This document shows positions 18,817-28,783 of a stretch of DNA of 64,000 nt, in pieces. Source of the DNA: Verrucomicrobiota bacterium. GTDB taxonomy: Bacteria > Verrucomicrobiota > Verrucomicrobiia > Opitutales > Cerasicoccaceae. The stretch covers positions 512,001-576,000 of the forward strand of contig JBCBUK010000001.1 in assembly GCA_039818205.1 (NCBI GenBank), read 5' to 3'. The position numbers and the translations under genes were made by a program. Below the pieces are notes generated by a model that saw nothing but the letters and a program-made list of their open reading frames with translations, made no database searches and was not told where the DNA came from. Within the stretch, counting starts at the first letter, position 1. The number at the start of each line of letters is the position of its first letter.

Positions 18817-20202
18817 CTAGTGGCTGGGTGCTTTTTCATTATCATCGGATTCTTCCGAAGTGGTGTCTCGATCCGTTTTCAAGAAGCGCGAGTTTTCGAC
18901 GTCCTCCGCTTTCACTTGGCCAGTTTGAACCGGTAGCCAAAGCGAAACTTTCGGCATATAAGTCACAATCATTAGGGAGACGAACATCGCTCCAAAAAAC
19001 GGCAGCATAGTCTTGGTAACTTTGGCGATCGTCGTATTGCCGACACCACAGCCGATAAACAGGCAAGTACCAACCGGAGGCGTACAAAGCCCGATGCAGA
19101 GATTGGCAATCATCATGATCCCAAAGTGAACCTCGTGCATCCCCAGAGAAACTGCTACTGGCAAAAATATCGGTGTAAAGATCAGCACCGCAGGCGTCAT
19201 ATCCATAAACGTCCCGACCACCAAGAGCAGTAAGTTAATCGTCAGCAAAATAATAATCGGGTTGTCCGACATGGCGAGCAAGGCAGCGCTGACCGATTGC
19301 GGGATATTTGCCATGGTCATAATCCAACTCATTCCCGAGCTCGCCCCGATCAACAGCATGATGACTGCCGTTGTGACGCCAGTTGCCAGCAGAATCTCGG
19401 GTAACGTTGAAAAGGAAATTTCCCGATAGACAAACACGGTCAAAACAAACGCATACACCACTGAAATGGCGGCTGCTTCGGTCGCGGTAAAAATTCCTGC
19501 GAGGATACCGCCGATAACCACAACGATCAAAAAGAGACTGAGGAAGGCGTGACGAAAGCTCGTTAAGATATGCGTGAACGAAGAGCGGGCTTCTCGGGGG
19601 TAGCGATGCTTCAGCGCAAAGCCACCGCAAACCAGCATAATAAATAGCCCAGCAAGCAGGCCCGGGATGATTCCCGCCATAAACATCGCCGCAATTGAGA
19701 CTGATCCAGCCGCGACCGAATACACGATCATGATGTTACTCGGCGGAATCAGCAAGCCGGTCGTGGCGGCCGTTGTGGTGACGGCGACATTGAATTCTCG
19801 ATTGTATCCCTTTCGGTTCATTTCGGGGATCATGAAGCCACCAACCGAAGACACTGCCGCCGCAGCCGATCCAGAGATAGAACCAAACAGCATACATGTC
19901 AGTGTGTTGACATAAGCTAGTCCGCCAGGAAGAAAGCCGACCAAGGCCCCGGCAAAATCAATTAAGCGCCGCGCCATACCACCCCTGCCCATCAAGTGGC
20001 CCGAAAAGATAAAAAATGGAATCGCCAGCAACGCGAAGCTATTGACCCCGTTGGCCATCTTAGAAGCGATTACCACGGAGGGGTCAGATCCCTCGACTAA
20101 GATCGCGGCAAAGGTCGCAAGAGAAATCGCAACCGCAATGGGGACATTCATCACTAATAGAATGACGAATACCGAGACTAGAGTAAGGGCAACAATCTCC
20201 AC
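18817..20202 (-). CDS. dctM: TRAP transporter large permease
   Basis: LLAIPFF, FGSISGSAAA, LIPPS, GIFTATEA, GLCTPPVG. Confidence 0.95.
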   Translation of the reverse strand: MEIVALTLVSVFVILLVMNVPIAVAISLATFAAILVEGSDPSVVIASKMANGVNSFALLAIPFFIFSGHLMGRGGMARRLIDFAGALVGFLPGGLAYVNTLTCMLFGSISGSAAAAVSSVGGFMIPEMNRKGYNREFNVAVTTTAATTGLLIPPSNIMIVYSVAAGSVSIAAMFMAGIIPGLLAGLFIMLVCGGFALKHRYPREARSSFTHILTSFRHAFLSLFLIVVVIGGILAGIFTATEAAAISVVYAFVLTVFVYREISFSTLPEILLATGVTTAVIMLLIGASSGMSWIMTMANIPQSVSAALLAMSDNPIIILLTINLLLLVVGTFMDMTPAVLIFTPIFLPVAVSLGMHEVHFGIMMIANLCIGLCTPPVGTCLFIGCGVGNTTIAKVTKTMLPFFGAMFVSLMIVTYMPKVSLWLPVQTGQVKAEDVENSRFLKTDRDTTSEESDDNEKAPSH

Positions 20203-20702
20203 TATACCTCCTCCTTTTCACCGCTCGCTTGAAGCGTTTCAACGAGATTCTCGAGGGTAAAGATCAACATAAAAACTCCCGAAATCGGTAATGCGAGGTA
20301 CACGTACCCCATCTTCCACCCCAATGCCGGAGTCGTCTGATCAAGAGTCAAGGCATCCATAACAACCTGGATTCCGCCAACCACAAAAATAGAGGTTGCG
20401 AAAAACAACACCACGAGGTGCGACGTGATTGCCATCAGACGCCGAGCGTCCGGATGAAGCTGTTGGACAAAATAGTCGACACCGAGATGGGCTTTCGCAC
20501 CAAATGCAAGAGCACTGCCAATCAAGGCCACCCAGATCAATAGAAAGCGTGCCAACTCCTCGGTCCACTTCGCCTGTTCGCCCAGCACATAGCGAGTAAA
20601 TACACCCCAGACGACGTCGAGTACGAGAAACAACACCGCCAGGATCAACACCCACTCGAGTATGCGCGTTAAGACATTGCGGACTTTCAACAAGGCTTCC
20701 AC
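20202..20702 (-). CDS. dctQ: TRAP transporter small permease
   Basis: Four TM segments, VFTRY, WTEELARFLLIW, HLGVD. Confidence 0.93.
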   Translation of the reverse strand: MEALLKVRNVLTRILEWVLILAVLFLVLDVVWGVFTRYVLGEQAKWTEELARFLLIWVALIGSALAFGAKAHLGVDYFVQQLHPDARRLMAITSHLVVLFFATSIFVVGGIQVVMDALTLDQTTPALGWKMGYVYLALPISGVFMLIFTLENLVETLQASGEKEEV

Positions 20703-20705
20703 GCG

Positions 20706-21719
20706 CTACTGAATTTCCTTTATTGATTGGACCAGTGATTGAAGCTCGGGGTCATCGATGGCATCGTACATCGGTTGGACTTTTTCCGCGAAGGCAGCCG
20801 TATCGACCTCGTACATCGTCACGCCTTCGGCCTTAGCCGCCTCAATGGCGTCTATCGTTTTCTGTTGCCAGAGCTCGCGCTGAACGACCGAAGAATCATC
20901 GGCTGCTTGTTGAACCCACTCCTGCTGTTGAGGGGTCAACCGATCCCATACTTTTGTGCTGATCATCAGCATATCAGGGATTCTGGTGTGCCCATCAAAA
21001 GAGAAATGCTTACAGATCTCGTAGTGTTTATTCGACGTGAAACTCGGTGGATTGTTCTCCGCGCCATCAACCGTGCCTTGGGCCAACGCCGAGTAGAGTT
21101 CGCCCCAGGCGATCGGGGTCGGCGCCCCTCCCATGGCTTTAACCATGTCGATCGCCGTTTTACTATTCATTACGCGTATCTTCAGACCCTCTAGATCTTC
21201 GGGCGATTTGATTGGGCGATCCTTCGTATAGAAGTTGCGGCTACCTGCGTCGTAATAGCAAAGTCCGCGGAGAAACTTATCCTCGCCCTGCTGCAAAAGA
21301 CGTTGTCCGAGCTCACTGTGAAGCACATTCCAGAAGTGATCTTCGTCCCTAAAAATGTACGGAAGGCCAAAGGCTGACATCAGCGGAACAAAGTTTTCCA
21401 TCGCGGCCGCTGACGTCTTCGTCATGGCCAAAGAGCCGTTTTGCAGCTGCTCAATACATTGAACCTCGGAACCCAAAACACCACTGGGATAAATATCCAT
21501 GGACATTTGCCCGCCGGACAGTTCCTCCAGTCGAGTCTTCATTTTTTCCATCGCCAGGTGCACGGGATGCGCCGTGTCCAAGCCGTGGCCTAGTTTGAGA
21601 ACCTTCTGGCTGGTCGAAGTATCAGTCGCCTGATAGCGCAGGAAAAGCGTGAATCCGAAAATCGCTACCAACGCGCCGATCAAAAGACCAGAGACGAAAA
21701 ATGAAATTCCTCGATTCAT
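20706..21719 (-). CDS. dctP: TRAP transporter substrate-binding protein (sugar acid/uronate)
   Basis: LKLGHGL..HPVH, IYPSGVLGSE, DLEGLKIRVM (carboxylate-binding Arg), ELYSALAQGTVDGAENN. Confidence 0.95.
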   Translation of the reverse strand: MNRGISFFVSGLLIGALVAIFGFTLFLRYQATDTSTSQKVLKLGHGLDTAHPVHLAMEKMKTRLEELSGGQMSMDIYPSGVLGSEVQCIEQLQNGSLAMTKTSAAAMENFVPLMSAFGLPYIFRDEDHFWNVLHSELGQRLLQQGEDKFLRGLCYYDAGSRNFYTKDRPIKSPEDLEGLKIRVMNSKTAIDMVKAMGGAPTPIAWGELYSALAQGTVDGAENNPPSFTSNKHYEICKHFSFDGHTRIPDMLMISTKVWDRLTPQQQEWVQQAADDSSVVQRELWQQKTIDAIEAAKAEGVTMYEVDTAAFAEKVQPMYDAIDDPELQSLVQSIKEIQ

Positions 21720-21749
21720 ATCGTGGGTAGACGCAACGGAAATACCAGG

Positions 21750-22580
21750 CTACTTAAGGTCACGAATGGCAATGTGATCCATGTCATCAAAGCGCTGATT
21801 CTCCCCTCCCATAGCCCAACAGAAAGAATAGGCTGTTGTGCCGCATCCAGCATGGATTGACCACATGGGAGAGATAACCGCTTGCTCATTGGACATTGCC
21901 AGGTGGCGAGTCTCATCACCCGGTCCCATAAAGTGAAAGACCTTGGCGTTCTCATCGAGATTAAAATACATGTATACCTCAGTGCGTCGCTCATGGGTGT
22001 GGCACGGCATTGTATTCCAAACGCTGCCGGGTTCTAACGAGGTAAAACCCATGACGAGCTGACAACTCTTAATTCCATTCTCATGAATGTATTGGTAGAT
22101 GGTTCGCTTGTTCGAGTCTTCCACCGAGCCCAAATGCAATGCGTTAGCATCAGCCTTCTTCGCGTGAACCGTGGGATACTCCGCATGCGCCGGATAACTC
22201 ACCAAATAAAAGCGCGCGGGAGATTGGGTATCGTTGCTTGCGAACGAAATTTCTTTCGAGCCTCGTCCGACATACAATCCATCCAGGTTATCCATCGAAT
22301 AGGTTTCCCCGTCGACCGTGATCGAACCGGGGGCACCAATATTCAAAACGCCAAGTTCGCGTCGTTGGCAAAAATAGTCTGCCGCAAGCTCCTTGCCGGC
22401 CTCCAAGACCAATGGTTGCTCAGATGGAATGGCTGCCCCCACAATTGAACGCTCTACTTCGCAATAAAGTAAGTTCAACTGGCCTTCAACGAACAACGAT
22501 TCGATCATGAAAGTCTCCCGCAGTTCCTGCGTATTCATGCGCCGATACTCGCTTTGCCCAATAGTATATTTTATTTCCAT
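21750..22580 (-). CDS. kduI: 5-dehydro-4-deoxy-D-glucuronate isomerase
   Basis: RRELGVLNIG, SCQLVMG, GSVWNTMPCHTHERRTEVYMYF, SPMWSIHAGCGT, WAMGGENQ.FDDMD. Confidence 0.96.
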   Translation of the reverse strand: MEIKYTIGQSEYRRMNTQELRETFMIESLFVEGQLNLLYCEVERSIVGAAIPSEQPLVLEAGKELAADYFCQRRELGVLNIGAPGSITVDGETYSMDNLDGLYVGRGSKEISFASNDTQSPARFYLVSYPAHAEYPTVHAKKADANALHLGSVEDSNKRTIYQYIHENGIKSCQLVMGFTSLEPGSVWNTMPCHTHERRTEVYMYFNLDENAKVFHFMGPGDETRHLAMSNEQAVISPMWSIHAGCGTTAYSFCWAMGGENQRFDDMDHIAIRDLK

Positions 22581-22594
22581 GGTTATCTCAAATT

Positions 22595-23896
22595 TCAGAA
22601 TCCCAAGCTCGCCATTACACGACTGTCGTAAGTCCTATAGTCTCGATACTTGCCGCTAAACCAAAATAGTGCTTCAGGGAATCCACGAACGATTATCGGA
22701 CGCAAATTATCATTAACGGAATCGAATGTTAGCTGCGTCCATATCCATTGTCCATTCTGACGTTCACCTCTAAACAACTGATAGACACGGCCAGATAGCG
22801 GTTCGCCGGTTTCGGGGTTCACATCGGCCGAAATGATTAGTTGCTGATCGTTGTTCGGATCCAAGGCAATGCCGCCGGCGTAGTGCTCCTCTTGCGGATA
22901 CAAATTACTCCCAGCATACGCTATCTCCTCACAGACCCATTCTCCATTCTCGAAGCGAGCAGTCCAATAACGCATATCGGAACCCATTTTACCGCTGGGA
23001 GACGAGATGAAGGCGCCATAAGGCTGCCCTTCCTGATCATACTCCAGGTCCCAGACCCAGCCGCGCCCTGAGTCTTGGCTACCGTCAAATACCAGCGTGC
23101 CTTCTTCGGGAACGAGCGGCCGAGACTCCAAGGCCTCAAGGGTCCGAATCTCCTTACCGTTAGAATCGAAAAACGTACCCTCTTTATAATACATGTGGTA
23201 GACGTTGTTCTGATGGACCTTGCGTGGATGCCCATCGGTATAGAAAATATCGATACGATCGACGCCATTCGAAATGTATTTTACGTAGGGTCGCTGATTG
23301 CTGTTTTCCCCAACAAAAAGGAGAAGGGTTGGGTCACTCCAGCTCTCGGCATCGTCGTCAGAGGTCACAAAGTTTGGGTTGAAGTTGTTTCCCCGGAAAA
23401 AATTATAGATGCGCCCGCCCTCGCCTTCGAGACGCATTAAATTTTGGTAGGTCAGACCGCGTCGAGTATCGACCACCTCAAACTTCTCTTCATCCGACAG
23501 AATCAGAGCCCCGCCATCGCCAACAATGAGTCTCCGCTGATAGAACGCGTTGTGCCACCCATGAGTTCCGTAGGTGGTAAGAATTTCATCACCATTCAAT
23601 GCAAGGAAAGCAGCGTTGTTATGATCGTCCTTCTGCTTCCAAGTGCTCAGGTCGAATTCATTGGGTTCCCCCAAGCTCGATTCGCCGTCAAGGCCAATAG
23701 CCGTCATCGCAGTGGTGCCATCGCTTTTCACGTAACTCACATAGAAAACATCGTCGTTAAAAATTGCGCGTTCATCATTGAACCAGGTCCACGCTCCGTC
23801 TTCGGCCACGACTATCGGCTCGAATGCCGACGCACAGACCGTCGCGCAGTATGACAGGACAAACCCAACAAAAACTTTCAATAGCGGCATCATCAT
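22595..23896 (-). CDS. Secreted BNR-4 repeat / beta-propeller protein
   Basis: Signal peptide, DGAWTWFNDERA, DDHNN, Asp-box-like TSDDDAESW, RPYVKY, TDGHP. Confidence 0.75.
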   Translation of the reverse strand: MMMPLLKVFVGFVLSYCATVCASAFEPIVVAEDGAWTWFNDERAIFNDDVFYVSYVKSDGTTAMTAIGLDGESSLGEPNEFDLSTWKQKDDHNNAAFLALNGDEILTTYGTHGWHNAFYQRRLIVGDGGALILSDEEKFEVVDTRRGLTYQNLMRLEGEGGRIYNFFRGNNFNPNFVTSDDDAESWSDPTLLLFVGENSNQRPYVKYISNGVDRIDIFYTDGHPRKVHQNNVYHMYYKEGTFFDSNGKEIRTLEALESRPLVPEEGTLVFDGSQDSGRGWVWDLEYDQEGQPYGAFISSPSGKMGSDMRYWTARFENGEWVCEEIAYAGSNLYPQEEHYAGGIALDPNNDQQLIISADVNPETGEPLSGRVYQLFRGERQNGQWIWTQLTFDSVNDNLRPIIVRGFPEALFWFSGKYRDYRTYDSRVMASLGF

Positions 23897-24769
23897 TTAT
23901 TGACCAGCGGAGAACCCACTCAAGTAGGCGTTCCATTCCCTGGGATCTGTGATAGCGCCTGCACGCTCCCAACCGTAACCCGCGTGATATTCAAGAATCC
24001 CCTGATCATCAGTCTTCGCAATGAGCAAAGCGTGGTCCCCCAAAGGTTCATCCGATTCCAAGAAAACAAATTCATCAACTGCGCCTGGGTGAATCACCAC
24101 GCCAGTGCCAAGCCCAGAACCATCGATAGTTTCCCATATCGACATCCAGCCTTCATCCAAGTCATGCGCAACGAGATCATCATCGTGGTGGCGGACCAAT
24201 CCAATCGCGATCGGCAAGCCCGCGGCCAACTCGCCATCCTTGGTGAAGGTGGATCTCGACCGGAACAGTCGCTTGCCCGATTCAATCGATATCTCTTTCC
24301 GTTCTTTGTAAGCGTGGCCACCGTGTTCCCATTGATAGCTCAACACAAACACGGCTTCATCACCTTCCAGCTTCAAAATCTCCCATTCATCGAAAACATT
24401 GGAAGTGACCAACTGGCCATCAATCCAAAGGCCCAAGCCACCACATCCGCGCGAGCTACCGACTTTATACGGATCATACCCCTCGCCATGATCAGTGTGG
24501 TAGGATTTACCCGCTGCGTTCCCGGCATACCACTTGTCGATGATCGGGTATTCAACGCGCTTCAACCATGCATCGAAGCCACTATCCTCCCCACTATCCT
24601 TAAGCGTTGGCCCGTAGGCCCGGAAAGCGATCAGATCGTTTTCCCAAGCGAAGTCATCGGCGCGTTCCGGGACGAATCGGCAATGAACCAATACGTCGTC
24701 GGCACAAAACGCCGCCAGCGGAAAAATCCCGAGACCGAAAAGGCACAAGATACGAATGTGGGTAATCAT
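23897..24769 (-). CDS. DUF4861-family secreted protein
   Basis: RFVPERADDFAWENDLIAFRAYGP, SGFDAWLK, YHTDHGEGYDPYKVGSSRGCGG, AGYGW. Start reassigned to ATG 24769. Confidence 0.85.
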   Translation of the reverse strand: MITHIRILCLFGLGIFPLAAFCADDVLVHCRFVPERADDFAWENDLIAFRAYGPTLKDSGEDSGFDAWLKRVEYPIIDKWYAGNAAGKSYHTDHGEGYDPYKVGSSRGCGGLGLWIDGQLVTSNVFDEWEILKLEGDEAVFVLSYQWEHGGHAYKERKEISIESGKRLFRSRSTFTKDGELAAGLPIAIGLVRHHDDDLVAHDLDEGWMSIWETIDGSGLGTGVVIHPGAVDEFVFLESDEPLGDHALLIAKTDDQGILEYHAGYGWERAGAITDPREWNAYLSGFSAGQ

Positions 24770-24872
24770 GGGTGCTAAACTGATGTTCGATCCCAATTTT
24801 ACCAGACGGTACGGCAGCGTCCATACCAGTTAAGGCATCCATACTATCCAATTTGCGACCACTCTCGAAAGG

Positions 24873-26027
24873 CTAAGATTGCGCATGCGAACGTTTACGA
24901 AACTCAGATGGCGTCTCGCCTCGCACCGAAACAAAAAAACGGGTCAGGTGGGAAGCCTGAGAAAACCCGCTTTCCTCTGCGATCTCCTCAAGGCTCATTT
25001 GCGTCTCCACAATCAGCTTGGCCAAGTGAGCCGCACGCAATTCCCTGCTTCGCTTCTGAATACTCTGGCCGAGCTGGTCGCGAAACCGCCTCTCAAGCCC
25101 ACGCCGGAACAGACCACTGGCTTGCGCAATCTCGTCAACGGTAACTGGCCGATGGGCATTTTCTTGCATGAACCGTAAAGCCTTTGAAACCGCAACATCC
25201 TCGACGGCGAAAATGTCGGATGACTGGCGGATCACTAGCTCCCCGACTTGGGCCGTTATCTTGAGATCATCTGGTTTTTCGCCGCGCATCAATTTATCCA
25301 GAGCGGCCGCGGCGCGGTAGCCCGCTTGATACTGATCAATCGCGATACTAGAAAGGGGCGGATTGCAAACGCCACATACCACCGGGTCATTATCAACGCC
25401 AATGACAGAACAATCATCCGGCACTCGAAGGCCCGCGCTTTGGCAGGCCTGAACCATCCACTGACCTGCATCATCATTTGCCGTCATGATCGCCACCGGC
25501 TTTGGCAAAGAATGCAACCACTCGCAGGCATTCTTCAGTTGTTCCGCATCGTTCTTTCGGTCGAGGCTACTGAGATCAATCCAAAGCTGGTCCGTTGCAT
25601 AGCCAGAGGACTTTAGAACATCGTCGAAGCAAGCACCTCGCTTGCGCGCCCAAGGAGCACCCTTCTGACCACAGAATGCGAAGTGGCGAAATCCCCGACT
25701 CAACACATTGCGAGCAATAGCTTCCCCAATACCTTTGTCGTCAACGTCAACGACTACCGTACCATCGATGCCTTCAGTAAGATAGGTAAAGGCGACGATC
25801 GGAATTCCAACTGACGAAAACTCGCGTACAACCGCGACATCGCGCACAAGCAAACCATCGAACTGATGGTCTGCGAGAGGCGCTGCAAGGCCCTGGACTC
25901 CCTGCGGTTGCCAGTGGATTTGCCAGGGACCGAAGTGCCGCGCATAGTCCGCGACACCCGAAATGAGCTTCCTCCCGGATTCACGGGAGGACTCAATCAT
26001 CATTAAAACATTTGGTTTCTTAGCCAC
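24873..26027 (-). CDS. XylR-type regulator (LacI-like sugar-binding domain + C-terminal AraC HTH)
   Basis: GFRHFAFCG, LPKPVAIMTAND, VPDDCSVIGVDND, PPLSSI, RQSSD, then AraC region RRGLERRF...GFSQASHLTRFF...TPSEFR. Confidence 0.92.
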   Translation of the reverse strand: MAKKPNVLMMIESSRESGRKLISGVADYARHFGPWQIHWQPQGVQGLAAPLADHQFDGLLVRDVAVVREFSSVGIPIVAFTYLTEGIDGTVVVDVDDKGIGEAIARNVLSRGFRHFAFCGQKGAPWARKRGACFDDVLKSSGYATDQLWIDLSSLDRKNDAEQLKNACEWLHSLPKPVAIMTANDDAGQWMVQACQSAGLRVPDDCSVIGVDNDPVVCGVCNPPLSSIAIDQYQAGYRAAAALDKLMRGEKPDDLKITAQVGELVIRQSSDIFAVEDVAVSKALRFMQENAHRPVTVDEIAQASGLFRRGLERRFRDQLGQSIQKRSRELRAAHLAKLIVETQMSLEEIAEESGFSQASHLTRFFVSVRGETPSEFRKRSHAQS

Positions 26028-26082
26028 GGATTAGACGAAGGGCTAATCTACCAAATCACAAAGATAGTCAATGTCCGTATTA

Positions 26083-27711
26083 TTAATTCTTCAGGCCCGG
26101 ATAGGTTCCCGGCAGGTCATCCAGATACTCGACCAAGAGCTCCTGCATAGCTTTTAACTGCGTAGCATACTCCGGGTTCTCTGCCAGGTTCGTGTTCTCC
26201 GTTGGGTCGTCCTTGAGGTTGAAAAGCTGGTCTTGATCGAAGTAGCTGGATGCCCAAGGTGTATTCTCTGGATCCTTAAGCTGCCAGCGTTCAAAGCGGA
26301 AGCCACCGGGCTGCATCCCTAATTGGAAATACGGAGCATCTTCAAGGAATGGGTAGTCTTCCGCCATCCAAGGAGCTTCTTCAAGCATCTCCTGGTAATA
26401 GATTTTTGCATCGGCAACGCGCTCTGCTTTCGTGCGTTGCAAGCTTGGTGGAACATAAAACGCTACGTAGCTCCAGTCCGCAGTAGACACCGCGCGAGCC
26501 AGTCCGATCTCGCTGTAGACCGCTTTGCGCCAGTCGTCTGGGCTCTCACCACGGAAAATCGGCATGAGGCTATCGCCATCGAGCATCATGTTTTCGGGTG
26601 GCTCAATACCAGCTATCTCAAAGAAGGTCGGACCAAAATCCACGTTCTGAACCAACTCCTGCGGCCGTGCACCGGGCTCGATCACACCGGGCCAGTAGGC
26701 CATAATCTGAGTGCGAATACCACCTTGGTAGTTCGTTCCCTTGGAGTGATACTCCATACCATTATCATTGAAGTAAACAATCAAGGTATCCTCAGCGATG
26801 CCAAGCTCATCAAGCTTATCCATAATCGCGCCGATCCCGTCATCCAACCAGGTTGCTGCCGCGTTCTTGCGCGGGATACCAGCCGCTTTCGTACGCTCCA
26901 CGACTGACTCCCGTGATGGCTGCACACCGGTAATTGGTTCATCAAGCACACCCATTCCGCTTAGGCGCGGATCACCAGTCAATGATGCATAAGTATCCGG
27001 CACGTGCATGAGGGTTGGCGCAAAATAGAGGTACCAGGGCTCATCCTTGTTTTCCTCGATAAAATCAATGGCCGCTTTCGTGTTCCACTCCTGATTATGA
27101 ACATTGCACTTCGTGTTGATCAAGGACTTGTCGTCATCAGGGTTGCCACCATAAACAGCGGCAGCGAAGTCAAAACCGAAACGTTTGATCTCGTTGGCAA
27201 TAATCTCCTGGTTCTTCCGCATCACCGCTTGAACTTCGGGATCATACGGATCGCTTCCAGGCGCAATCGGCTCGATCAGGTGCATCGTTCCATTGAGGTG
27301 CCACTTACCCGAGAAGCCCGTTTTATAACCAGCATCTTGGAGGACGCTCGGAATGTTCGGTTGCCCCTCGGCAAAACCGAGATTCCAGAGGATGCGGGTA
27401 ACGCCATCCTCAGTAGTCCCCTCGGCAAAGTATGGCTGAGGGCAACGACTCGCGAAGTGACCGCTCATGCAGGTATAGCGACTGGGCGAACACACGCTTG
27501 ATGAAACAAAGCCGTTTTCGAAGTAGATTCCCTCGTTGGCCAGCCGATCGATATGCGGCGTCAACGAGTCTCCTCCGAGAAAGCCGAAGTGATCACGGAA
27601 CTGATCGTCCGTGATGATAAACAAGATATTGGGCTGCTTGCGCTCAGCCGAAGCAATGAGGCAGACGGCAGTCAACAAACCAAAAACAAGTGCGCTAATT
27701 TTTTTAACCAT
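26083..27711 (-). CDS. Sulfatase S1 (Cys-type), secreted; last enzyme gene of the agarase operon
   Basis: Signal peptide, [26 protein letters not shown]. Confidence 0.93.
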   Translation of the reverse strand: MVKKISALVFGLLTAVCLIASAERKQPNILFIITDDQFRDHFGFLGGDSLTPHIDRLANEGIYFENGFVSSSVCSPSRYTCMSGHFASRCPQPYFAEGTTEDGVTRILWNLGFAEGQPNIPSVLQDAGYKTGFSGKWHLNGTMHLIEPIAPGSDPYDPEVQAVMRKNQEIIANEIKRFGFDFAAAVYGGNPDDDKSLINTKCNVHNQEWNTKAAIDFIEENKDEPWYLYFAPTLMHVPDTYASLTGDPRLSGMGVLDEPITGVQPSRESVVERTKAAGIPRKNAAATWLDDGIGAIMDKLDELGIAEDTLIVYFNDNGMEYHSKGTNYQGGIRTQIMAYWPGVIEPGARPQELVQNVDFGPTFFEIAGIEPPENMMLDGDSLMPIFRGESPDDWRKAVYSEIGLARAVSTADWSYVAFYVPPSLQRTKAERVADAKIYYQEMLEEAPWMAEDYPFLEDAPYFQLGMQPGGFRFERWQLKDPENTPWASSYFDQDQLFNLKDDPTENTNLAENPEYATQLKAMQELLVEYLDDLPGTYPGLKN

Positions 27712-28780
27712 GATATTCTCCTATTTCGCTCCAAGGGCGGTGACTTTCAAATCGACGGATATAATTCCAATTCCAGCTCGCATCGTATTGATGACAAAGC
27801 CCCCAATCCAAACCGGCCAATGGAGACTTGTTCGCATCGAGATTCTTAACCAGACCAGCTGCTTCTGGCCCCCACTTGATGTGGGACATGATTTCAAAAT
27901 TTACGCCGTCTTCGGCAAACTGCATGGTGTTCTTCTCAGGCCCATCGGTGATCAACATCGCCGCGACCCCATCTTGATAGTTCCAGGCACATACTTCATG
28001 CCCACTGTTTGTAATGGGGTTATAGGGTGACTTAATGTAGGGTCCTTCGAGTTTGTCGGCAATTGCGACGCCCCATTTGATCTCACGCCCACCGAACGTG
28101 AGTTCTTCGCCCATGGTCTCACCCTTATAGTAGAGATAGAATTTGTTGCGGAAGAAAAGCAGGCACGGGTCATGCGTCTTGTGGCTATCAAAGTCACCCT
28201 TCTCCAATACCGCAAAGCGGTCGTCCTCCTCGCCTTTCCATACCCCATTGGTTGCCGGTGAGAGGATAGGCGCGGGCAACTTATTCCAAGGCCCATGCGG
28301 TGAGTCCGCGATCGCCATGGCGATCTCTTCCTTAACGCGGTTAACGTAGGGCGCCTTCACCGTTTGGTAAACCAGGATAAACTTCCCATCGTGCGCCAAA
28401 ACCTCGGGCGTGAATACCGCGCGGTCATCGTAGGCACCCGCTGGGCCGTGGCCAATGGCACAGCCTTCTTCTTTCCACTCCCATCCGTCTTTGGATGAAG
28501 CATACCAGACTTCAGTCTTGTCCCACGGGAACACCTTAGCCTCGGGATCGCCCGAGCCAAAGCCCAACGTTTCGCCCACGCCCTTGGTGTACCAAGTGTA
28601 GTAAACGCCATCCACTTCCAGAACGGCGCTGGGATCGCGTCGAATAACGCCCTCTTCAAAGGCAAAATCGCCACCGAGGTCATAGAGTTTAAATTCGGTG
28701 AACCACTCGGAGCTCTTTTTATCGTAGCCACGTTCGATGGCACGCTTGGATGCAGCACTTAAGGGTTTCTCTTCGCTCAT
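27704..28780 (-). CDS. GH117 alpha-neoagarooligosaccharide hydrolase (3,6-anhydro-alpha-L-galactosidase), cytoplasmic
   Basis: N-terminal SxAxxR signature (LSAASKRA), [42 protein letters not shown]. No signal peptide. Confidence 0.95.
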   Translation of the reverse strand: MSEEKPLSAASKRAIERGYDKKSSEWFTEFKLYDLGGDFAFEEGVIRRDPSAVLEVDGVYYTWYTKGVGETLGFGSGDPEAKVFPWDKTEVWYASSKDGWEWKEEGCAIGHGPAGAYDDRAVFTPEVLAHDGKFILVYQTVKAPYVNRVKEEIAMAIADSPHGPWNKLPAPILSPATNGVWKGEEDDRFAVLEKGDFDSHKTHDPCLLFFRNKFYLYYKGETMGEELTFGGREIKWGVAIADKLEGPYIKSPYNPITNSGHEVCAWNYQDGVAAMLITDGPEKNTMQFAEDGVNFEIMSHIKWGPEAAGLVKNLDANKSPLAGLDWGLCHQYDASWNWNYIRRFESHRPWSEIGEYHG

Positions 28781-28783
28781 AAC

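Noticed and set aside
23900..24778. 292-aa plus-strand ORF
   Set aside because: Exact antisense shadow of the DUF4861 gene, with no motifs.
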